The notes under the pieces were generated by a model. It saw nothing but the letters and a program-made list of their open reading frames with translations, did not search any database and was not told the DNA's origin. 32,000 nt of DNA, taken from contig NC_010296.1 of NCBI RefSeq assembly GCF_000010625.1, forward strand, positions 2,790,001-2,822,000, written 5' to 3'. The stretch comes from Microcystis aeruginosa NIES-843. Lineage in GTDB: Bacteria; Cyanobacteriota; Cyanobacteriia; Cyanobacteriales; Microcystaceae. Of this stretch, positions 1 to 6,277 are shown piece by piece; the stretch's first letter is position 1, and each line of letters opens with the position of its first letter. The translations under genes were made by a program, and so were the position numbers.

Positions 1-1
1 T

Positions 2-601
2 CCCGTCGGTCTAGATAATACGGTAACTTTAGGAATTATTAGCACGATCGGGCGCTCGGCGGCTAAGGCTGGTATTCCCGATAAACGCATTGATTTTATC
101 CAAACCGATGCCGCTATTAACCCGGGTAATTCCGGCGGTCCTTTACTCAACGCCCAAGGGGAAGTCATCGGCATCAATACGGCGATTCGTGCCGATGCCA
201 TGGGCATCGGTTTTGCCATTCCCATCGACCGGGCCAAGCAGTTACAAGCAACCCTAGAATCAGGTCAAAAGGTAGCCCATCCCTATATTGGTGTACAGAT
301 GGTTAATCTAACTCCCGATTTAGCCCGGGCTAATAATCAAAACCCCAATTCTGCCATGATCGTCCCGGAAGTGTCGGGAATTTTGGTGGTGAAAGTCCTA
401 CCTAATACCCCCGCCGAAAAAGCCGGGATCCGTCGCGGGGATGTGATTGTCAAAGCTAATAATCAACCGGTTAGCGATGGCGCTGAGTTACAGGAAATGG
501 TGGAAAAAACCGGGATCGGTCAATCTTTACCCCTAAGAATCAGAAGGGGGGAAAGGGCGATCGATCTCACCGTAATCACCGCCCAAATGTCAAATCAGTA
601 A
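2..601 (+). CDS. HtrA/DegP-family serine protease, C-terminal part (5' end lies outside the window)
   Basis: Frame open from nt 2 to the stop at 599-601. '[16 protein letters not shown]' is the trypsin-fold catalytic Ser motif (GNSGG). It is followed by a PDZ-like segment '[32 protein letters not shown]'. Confidence 0.85.
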   Translation, partial: PVGLDNTVTLGIISTIGRSAAKAGIPDKRIDFIQTDAAINPGNSGGPLLNAQGEVIGINTAIRADAMGIGFAIPIDRAKQLQATLESGQKVAHPYIGVQMVNLTPDLARANNQNPNSAMIVPEVSGILVVKVLPNTPAEKAGIRRGDVIVKANNQPVSDGAELQEMVEKTGIGQSLPLRIRRGERAIDLTVITAQMSNQ

Positions 602-669
602 TCGGCGGTCAGTGATCAGTTATCAGATGTGAGTTTTCATGCCTTGATTGAGCAGCGACGAAAATCTTT

Positions 670-1533
670 TCAGGACTCGTAGCGCCGATAAAGTCGCTGC
701 AACTTGTCATAGAAACGCTTGCGGACTTTTTCCGGGGAGATCAGCAAGCAATCTTCTCCGTAGGGAAGAATCTCGCGGAAAAACCAGAAGCTACTCGTTA
801 CCTGTCGGGTAATCTGCCGGACGAGGGGATCGTTCGAGATCAATTCGTTGGCGATATCGATAGCGCTTTTAGTCCGGTACGATCGAGCTAATCCATCGAA
901 TAGCTTAAACTCGGCCGACACACTATCAAGCTGATTGCGCCATTTGCCCCTAGGGATCGGGGTAATTAAGGAATCGTTGGGGATTCGATCGATCCTTAAA
1001 CTCCAATTATGCTGTAGTTCGGAAATATCTTGATTTCCCTCGGTTTCCTCGCACCAACAATCGAGATATAAGCGATCCTCGTGACGATTGATAGCGGCAT
1101 GGTAAAGATGGAATTCCCAGATTCGATCGCCGGCATCCTGATAGGATAACTGAAACGGTTGTTGTCGGAGAATGCAGCGATCGAGTTCCAGTCGCCATGG
1201 TGGGGGAGGATTATCGAGGCGGCCTTCTAGCTCTTTCCGTAAGGGTCCCGGCAGTTCGCTCCGTTCTAATAGTAGTTTAGTTAGTTCTAGGGCGATGGGG
1301 ATTTGTCCGGCATCAATGAGAGAATCGATCGCCTGTTGGAGCATCTGCAAGCGATCGGGCTTCCAGTCGTGATTAGGGGCGATTTTAAGCTTATTACGGG
1401 CAATTTCTTTGATTAACTTCGATATATTCGGTTTATCTCCCCAAAATAGCCCGAATTCACTGGCAAGGATTTCTAGGGCCTGTTTTTCTTTTTCACTGAC
1501 CGATAAAGTGATCGATTGTCCTATCCGGCTCAT
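670..1533 (-). CDS. CRISPR-associated transcriptional regulator, RHH-like N-terminus + WYL-type domain (comparable to the WYL regulator found next to cyanobacterial I-D loci)
   Basis: 287-aa ORF with ATG start, divergent from cas3'. 'ITLSVSEKEKQALEILASEFG' is CopG/RHH-like. 'RLYLDCWC...HNWSLRIDRI' fits the WYL-domain YL..W / R.DRI signature. The paralogue at 11072-11929 shares the C-terminal 'REILPYG(E/D).C' block. Confidence 0.7.
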   Translation of the reverse strand: MSRIGQSITLSVSEKEKQALEILASEFGLFWGDKPNISKLIKEIARNKLKIAPNHDWKPDRLQMLQQAIDSLIDAGQIPIALELTKLLLERSELPGPLRKELEGRLDNPPPPWRLELDRCILRQQPFQLSYQDAGDRIWEFHLYHAAINRHEDRLYLDCWCEETEGNQDISELQHNWSLRIDRIPNDSLITPIPRGKWRNQLDSVSAEFKLFDGLARSYRTKSAIDIANELISNDPLVRQITRQVTSSFWFFREILPYGEDCLLISPEKVRKRFYDKLQRLYRRYES

Positions 1534-1540
1534 AATTTAT

Positions 1541-1562
1541 AAGTGTACGGACACTTTTTCTG
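1541..1562 (+). promoter_or_regulatory. 22-bp box AAGTGTACGGACACTTTTTCTG (copy 1), candidate operator in the regulator/cas3' divergent region
   Basis: Exact 22/22 repeat of 3833-3854. It contains the GTGT-ACGG-ACAC partial palindrome. A third TACGGACA half-site lies at 1618-1625, just upstream of the cas3' start. Confidence 0.4.
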
Positions 1563-1571
1563 TTAAGGTAC

Positions 1572-1600
1572 TTGTCCATCCCTATTATCCTGGTTACTAT
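1572..1600 (+). promoter_or_regulatory. candidate sigma70-type promoter for cas3' (-35 TTGTCC, 17-nt spacer, -10 TACTAT)
   Basis: Hexamers and spacing read directly from the sequence, 33 nt upstream of the GTG start at 1633. Confidence 0.35.
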
Positions 1601-1632
1601 GGAAGATAGCAAGAAGTTACGGACATAAATTT

Positions 1633-3798
1633 GTGGGTAATTATCAAGTAACGCTCAAGCCGGTCTATTCCTGTCCCGCGGACGAGATCCCGGACGGGAT
1701 CAAGGTTCCGCAAGGATGGCGGTTATCGTGGCATCAGGTGGAGACGTGGAAAGCACTCAACGATCCCGATATCGATGTGATTTTCAATACGGCCATGACG
1801 GGGGACGGGAAAAGTCTAGCGGCCTACCTGCGAACTTTGCAAGGATATTTCCCGATTATGGGACTCTACCCAACCAACGAACTGGCGCGGGATCAGCGGG
1901 GTCAGATCGAGGCATATATTCAACGATTTCAACCAACGGATCAACCGCGGGTCAATCTTTTAACCGGGCCCGAGTTGGAATTGTACGCCGAACGGGATGG
2001 GAAAACGAAAGCGATCGCTCTAGAGACTCGATCGAAACAGTCGGAAATTCTCTTAACTAACCCCGATATTTTCCATTATCTGCATCGGGGGGCCTATTTA
2101 ACCCCCTACGATAACCCCGATCAGCTATGGAACCGGATCGATAAACATTTCGATCTCTTCCTATTCGATGAATTTCACGTTTTCGGCACGCCACAGGTCG
2201 CCAGTATTATCAATACCATGCTTCTAATCCGACGGGCCAATCGTGGGAAACGATACCTGTTTTTGTCCGCAACTCCCGACGAGGGTTTACTAAAACGATT
2301 GGATAAAGCGGGGTTTCGCTATCGATCGATCGACCCAGTAAGAGAAGGAAAATACCGGTTTCCCGATACCCCAGAAGAGGCCAATTCCCTCGCTCAACAG
2401 GGATGGCGGCAAGTAACCTCGGAAATCGAGCTATCTTTTATTCCCTTACCGTCGAGTTTTCAAACTTCGGAAAATTGGTTGAAGGAAAATAAAGAGCGAA
2501 TTTTAGACTATTTTAAGCGATACCCCGGCAGCAAGGGCGCGATTATTCTCAATTCGATCGCTTCGGTTAAACGTCTGCTGCCGATTTTCCGAGAATTATT
2601 GGCGACTATCGGTTTAACAGTGGGGGAAAATACGGGTCTTTCGGGAACGCGGGAGAAGTTGGCATCTTTAAATCGTGATCTGGTGATCGGAACGAGTACC
2701 ATCGATGTGGGGGTGGACTTCAAGATTAATTTTCTCATTTTCGAGTCGTCGGATGCGGGAAATTTTATTCAACGTTTCGGCCGTTTAGGCCGTCACAGCG
2801 GCTACGATCGAAAGGGAACGGCGGTAAAATTTGCTAACTTCACAGCGATCGCTCTGGTTCCGAAATTTTTCCTAGAACGGTTATTCGAGAAGAAAGACGC
2901 GCCGTTACAAGTTGGGGAACGGTATGACCGAATTCAGCTACAGGAGGCCATCAAGAGTAACTACCGTCATATCAATAATTTCGAGGGTTATTACCAACGT
3001 TGGGGAGCGGTACAATCATTTCAACTCTGGTGGAATTTAGGGAGTCCGAAGATCAAATCCCAATACGGGGAAAGTCGCCAGAAGTTTCAACAGGAATGCG
3101 AGGAGGTTTTCGATACCAGTTTAAAACGGGTCGCCGGTCGGGTGAAAGGATGGGCCGACGAATGGAAGGAGTTATCGGGGAAAAACGGTAATCCGATTTT
3201 CGAGGATGCGTCTAGTTTTCGCGGGTCGAGTCCGTTACTATGCGGGTTATACGATTCGACGGAACCAGAGGAGGGCGATCGCTTTAAAACCTACGATTTA
3301 CCCAGTATTCTCGGTAATCTAGAGGTGGAGGTGTGGAGAAAAGGCGAGTTTAAGCGCCAGATCGAGGCCACGGAAACACCGATCGCGCGCGGACGTTTCG
3401 ATTATTGTCTCACGTTTCTGAATTTAAAGGGATATCGAGAGGAACGGTTAAACTGGCGCTTTACCTACGACGGCGATTTAGGCGAGATTGCCTCCGCGTG
3501 GAAAGTACAGGTTTTGACGGGAATCGGTGTTTGGCAACCAGATAATCCTTGGCTCGATCGAATTAGTCGGGAGTTACGGGATCTGGCTCTGGTTAGCTTC
3601 GTTCTTGCCTATCCCGTCGCTGCAGTTCGCCAACGCTTACAATTACCGATGCACTTTGGTATCTATCCGATTAGTGACGAGAGTAGTCTTCATTCTCCCC
3701 TGTCACCCTATTCTATAGCGATCGGTCAATCGGCTTTGTTGTTGGATACTCTCGCTCATCGGTTCAAAGGTCAAGGGGGTGAGGTGTGGATCTGTTGA
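1633..3798 (+). CDS. cas3: Type I-D Cas3' helicase (SF2, no HD domain)
   Basis: 721 aa. Helicase motifs: 'TAMTGDGKS' (Walker A), 'LFDEFH' (motif II), 'LSATP' (III), 'GTSTIDVGVDF' (V), 'QRFGRLGRH' (VI). No HD motifs. Sits first in a cas3'-cas10d-csc2-csc1 order. Confidence 0.9.
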   Translation: MGNYQVTLKPVYSCPADEIPDGIKVPQGWRLSWHQVETWKALNDPDIDVIFNTAMTGDGKSLAAYLRTLQGYFPIMGLYPTNELARDQRGQIEAYIQRFQPTDQPRVNLLTGPELELYAERDGKTKAIALETRSKQSEILLTNPDIFHYLHRGAYLTPYDNPDQLWNRIDKHFDLFLFDEFHVFGTPQVASIINTMLLIRRANRGKRYLFLSATPDEGLLKRLDKAGFRYRSIDPVREGKYRFPDTPEEANSLAQQGWRQVTSEIELSFIPLPSSFQTSENWLKENKERILDYFKRYPGSKGAIILNSIASVKRLLPIFRELLATIGLTVGENTGLSGTREKLASLNRDLVIGTSTIDVGVDFKINFLIFESSDAGNFIQRFGRLGRHSGYDRKGTAVKFANFTAIALVPKFFLERLFEKKDAPLQVGERYDRIQLQEAIKSNYRHINNFEGYYQRWGAVQSFQLWWNLGSPKIKSQYGESRQKFQQECEEVFDTSLKRVAGRVKGWADEWKELSGKNGNPIFEDASSFRGSSPLLCGLYDSTEPEEGDRFKTYDLPSILGNLEVEVWRKGEFKRQIEATETPIARGRFDYCLTFLNLKGYREERLNWRFTYDGDLGEIASAWKVQVLTGIGVWQPDNPWLDRISRELRDLALVSFVLAYPVAAVRQRLQLPMHFGIYPISDESSLHSPLSPYSIAIGQSALLLDTLAHRFKGQGGEVWIC

Positions 3799-3832
3799 TG
3801 CCGTTTGAGGCTACCAAGAGATGAGGGAGTCA

Positions 3833-3854
3833 AAGTGTACGGACACTTTTTCTG
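3833..3854 (+). promoter_or_regulatory. 22-bp box AAGTGTACGGACACTTTTTCTG (copy 2) between cas3' and the TA genes
   Basis: Identical to 1541-1562, same orientation. Lies 35 nt after the cas3' stop. Confidence 0.4.
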
Positions 3855-3967
3855 GGATTTAGTTGCTCTTTGCTTCCTCCGCGTTTGATAATAGACATAG
3901 ACAGACGCTAGGGACATCGATCGATATATCCATCGGATTCTTGCCAATTTTTTGATGGGAGCTAAAT

Positions 3968-4387
3968 ATGAATAGGCTAGTAGAAAAAATTACGGCTATT
4001 GTCGAAAAACTACCGAATTTAAAACTATTAATTCTCTTCGGTTCTAGAGCGCGTGGAGAGCATAAACCTGATAGCGATTGGGATTTCGCTGTTTTATACG
4101 AGGAAAGAAGCGATCAAAAGGATATTTCGAGTCTATTGAAAATTTATTCACTGCTCGAACAAGCTTTAGAGATTCCCGATGACAAAATTGATGTGGTTGA
4201 TTTAAAAGAATGTTCGCCGATCCTCGCTCATTATGTCGCACGGGATGGTCAACTTCTATACGAACGGGAAACGGGAATATTCGAGGGATTTAAAGAAAAA
4301 TTTCTCATGAATCCTGAAGAATCGAAAGCGTTATACCGTCAATTACGGAATAATCTAGAGATTTCTCTACGAGAAAAAGGAGTGTAA
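3968..4387 (+). CDS. MntA-type minimal nucleotidyltransferase (antitoxin of a HEPN-MNT pair)
   Basis: 139 aa. 'LILFGSRARGEHKPDSDWDFAV' is the GS..RG...D.D NTase motif. Followed by a HEPN/DUF86 gene. Confidence 0.85.
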   Translation: MNRLVEKITAIVEKLPNLKLLILFGSRARGEHKPDSDWDFAVLYEERSDQKDISSLLKIYSLLEQALEIPDDKIDVVDLKECSPILAHYVARDGQLLYERETGIFEGFKEKFLMNPEESKALYRQLRNNLEISLREKGV

Positions 4388-4428
4388 ATGCTATTCAACC
4401 TCTGATCACGATAGACGAATTAAACCTC

Positions 4429-4827
4429 ATGAATCAATACCTCGCCGAACTTAGCGAGTACGGTTCGATCACCTTAGAGGATTATCGTACATTAAGAGAA
4501 CGTCAATTAGCCATAGAAAGGTTAATTCAGCTTATCGTTCAAACTGGCATCGATATCAATTACCAGATTTTAAAATGTTTAGATATCGAGTCTCCGAATA
4601 ATGCTCGCGACGCTTTATTTCAAATCGTAGAACTGGGAATTTTAGAAGAACACCTAGCCGTTCAACTGGCCGAGTCTATTAAATTAAGAAACTTACTCGT
4701 ACACCTATACAAGAAAATTGATCCCGATATCGTTCATTCCTCGATCGCTAATATTTTACGAGATTATCCCCGCTACCAACGCTCGATCGTTCAATATCTA
4801 GATTTCTTGGAGGCAGAAAATGGTTAA
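4429..4827 (+). CDS. HepT-type HEPN (DUF86) RNase toxin
   Basis: 132 aa. 'RNLLVHLY' is the R-x4-H-x-Y HEPN motif. Downstream partner of the MNT gene. Confidence 0.8.
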   Translation: MNQYLAELSEYGSITLEDYRTLRERQLAIERLIQLIVQTGIDINYQILKCLDIESPNNARDALFQIVELGILEEHLAVQLAESIKLRNLLVHLYKKIDPDIVHSSIANILRDYPRYQRSIVQYLDFLEAENG

Positions 4828-5278
4828 AAACACGAAAGAATTGAAAATTATCAATACAGTCAATAGAATAACCACGACTGTGGAAAAAATACCGAATTTA
4901 AAACTATTAATTCTCTTCGGTTCTAGAGCGCGTGGAGAGCATAGACCTGATAGCGATTGGGATTTGGCAATTTCACACGATGAAACAAACAGACAAACAC
5001 ATATTAAGGAAATCAGTAATGATTACTTAACTTCTCTCTCTATCTTGAGTGAATTGTTTGAGATAAACCGTGATTTGATCGATCTAATTGAACTTGATCG
5101 CTGTTCTCCATTAATGAAGTATCAAGTCGCACGAGATGGAAAACTTATCTATGAAAAAAATACGGGAGACTTTTTAAAATTTCGTGTACGCGCTTGGAAA
5201 GAGTACGCCGATACCGCTAAATTCCGAAAGATTCAAAAAGACAGTATCGATCTTTGGCTCAAACAATGGGGAGTTTAA
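4820..5278 (+). CDS. MntA-type minimal nucleotidyltransferase, second copy
   Basis: 152 aa. 'LILFGSRARGEHRPDSDWDLAI'. Start overlaps the preceding HEPN stop by 8 nt. Confidence 0.85.
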   Translation: MVKNTKELKIINTVNRITTTVEKIPNLKLLILFGSRARGEHRPDSDWDLAISHDETNRQTHIKEISNDYLTSLSILSELFEINRDLIDLIELDRCSPLMKYQVARDGKLIYEKNTGDFLKFRVRAWKEYADTAKFRKIQKDSIDLWLKQWGV

Positions 5279-5281
5279 ACG

Positions 5282-5716
5282 ATGGAAAGGGAGATAGTCA
5301 CCGTTAGAATTCGTTTGATGATCAAATATCTTAATCGATTACGGGGGTTCGAGAGCGTTACTCTATCAGAGTATTTGGACAATTTTGACTATCAACTTAT
5401 GGTTGAGAGATTGATAGAATTATTGGTAGAGTCATCTTCCGATATTAATAGCTATCTTCTTTTACAATTACATAACGTAACTCCCGCTACCTATTACGAT
5501 TCTTTTATAGAAGCTGGTAAAAATGGTTTAACTACCAGAGAACTAGCCGGGGAGTTGGCGAAATCATCAGGAATGCGAAATCGTTTAGTGCATCAATACG
5601 AGGCGATCGATAATGAACTTGTTTTTAAGGCGATTCCGATCGCTTTATCTCAATTTCCGCTTTATCTCAAACAAATTACCGACTATTTAGACTCTCTAGA
5701 GGTGAAAGATGCCTAA
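5282..5716 (+). CDS. HepT-type HEPN (DUF86) RNase toxin, second copy
   Basis: 144 aa. 'RNRLVHQY' is the R-x4-H-x-Y motif. Follows the MNT gene after 3 nt. Confidence 0.8.
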   Translation: MEREIVTVRIRLMIKYLNRLRGFESVTLSEYLDNFDYQLMVERLIELLVESSSDINSYLLLQLHNVTPATYYDSFIEAGKNGLTTRELAGELAKSSGMRNRLVHQYEAIDNELVFKAIPIALSQFPLYLKQITDYLDSLEVKDA

Positions 5717-6125
5717 AAAACAAAAAAAATTAGAGGAAACGGGACAGTTAAATCTATTCGATAACACTACAGAAATTGACGATGAAGATCTGGATTTTGA
5801 GTTCGAGGATATTGATTTAGAATCTCTTGTTTCCGAAGATTTGGGGATTACTGAATCAGTAAGCGATCGCCGAGTCGAAACCGTTCGCCAACTGCTAACC
5901 CTAAAACTCCTACGGGAGGCGATTCGAGCGGAAAACCCCGACGATCGAGTTATGGCAGATTTTGCCGAAATGGTATTACCCAATTTACTCCGATTAGCGA
6001 TCGGTGTCACGGCAAAAGGAGGAAATTTCTTCGAGGAAATCGATCGCCGTCGGGAATTAGAGGGAAAAAGCAAAGTTCGACAGGAGGAAATTTCTTCGAG
6101 GAAATCGATCGCCGTCGGGAATTAG
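5709..6125 (+). CDS. N-terminal fragment of Cas10d, ending out of frame inside the duplicated 65-mer
   Basis: 138 aa. ATG preceded by GAGGTGAAAG and overlapping the HEPN stop by 8 nt. The tail 'QEEISSRKSIAVGN*' is the second repeat copy read in the wrong frame. Confidence 0.7.
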   Translation: MPKKQKKLEETGQLNLFDNTTEIDDEDLDFEFEDIDLESLVSEDLGITESVSDRRVETVRQLLTLKLLREAIRAENPDDRVMADFAEMVLPNLLRLAIGVTAKGGNFFEEIDRRRELEGKSKVRQEEISSRKSIAVGN

Positions 6126-6146
6126 AGGGAAAAAGCAAAGTTCGAC
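6017..6146 (+). repeat. perfect 2 x 65-bp tandem duplication inside cas10d
   Basis: AGGAGGAAATTTCTTCGAGGAAATCGATCGCCGTCGGGAATTAGAGGGAAAAAGCAAAGTTCGAC occurs at 6017-6081 and again at 6082-6146. 65 mod 3 = 2. Confidence 0.95.
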
Positions 6147-6277
6147 GGGATAACGCGGGCGATCAATCTCTCAATACTCATTTACTTAATGGATTATTTC
6201 CCGCCAATCTCATCGAAAAACGACTAGAAAAACTCAATACTACCGTTCGACGGGTAGTAAAGGAATGCGAGCGCAGG

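Noticed and set aside
601-670. Looked for a bidirectional terminator between the convergent protease and regulator genes
   Set aside because: No convincing GC-rich stem followed by a T-tract could be read in the 68-bp gap.
1566-1585. Possible second target of the mini-array spacer in the cas3' promoter (shared ACTTGTC around the -35 TTGTCC)
   Set aside because: On the minus strand the site reads GGACAAGTAC versus the spacer CTGACAAGTC. Seed positions 1-2 mismatch and the flanking triplet is not GTN.
1007-1609. Small ORFs 1007-1198, 1172-1372, 1409-1609 overlapping the first WYL regulator gene; similar nested or antisense ORFs elsewhere (1716, 2508, 3000, 3527, 4044, 7646, 9586, 10487, 10515, 10957, 11733, 14912, 15007, 16043, 16062, 16231, 21921, 22651, 23095, 23442, 23515)
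   Set aside because: All are contained in, or antisense to, longer ORFs with clear family motifs. None has an independent signal.
5696-6073. 125-aa minus-strand ORF antisense to the cas10d 5' region
   Set aside because: Low-complexity S/R-rich translation fully antisense to a well-supported coding frame. Spurious.
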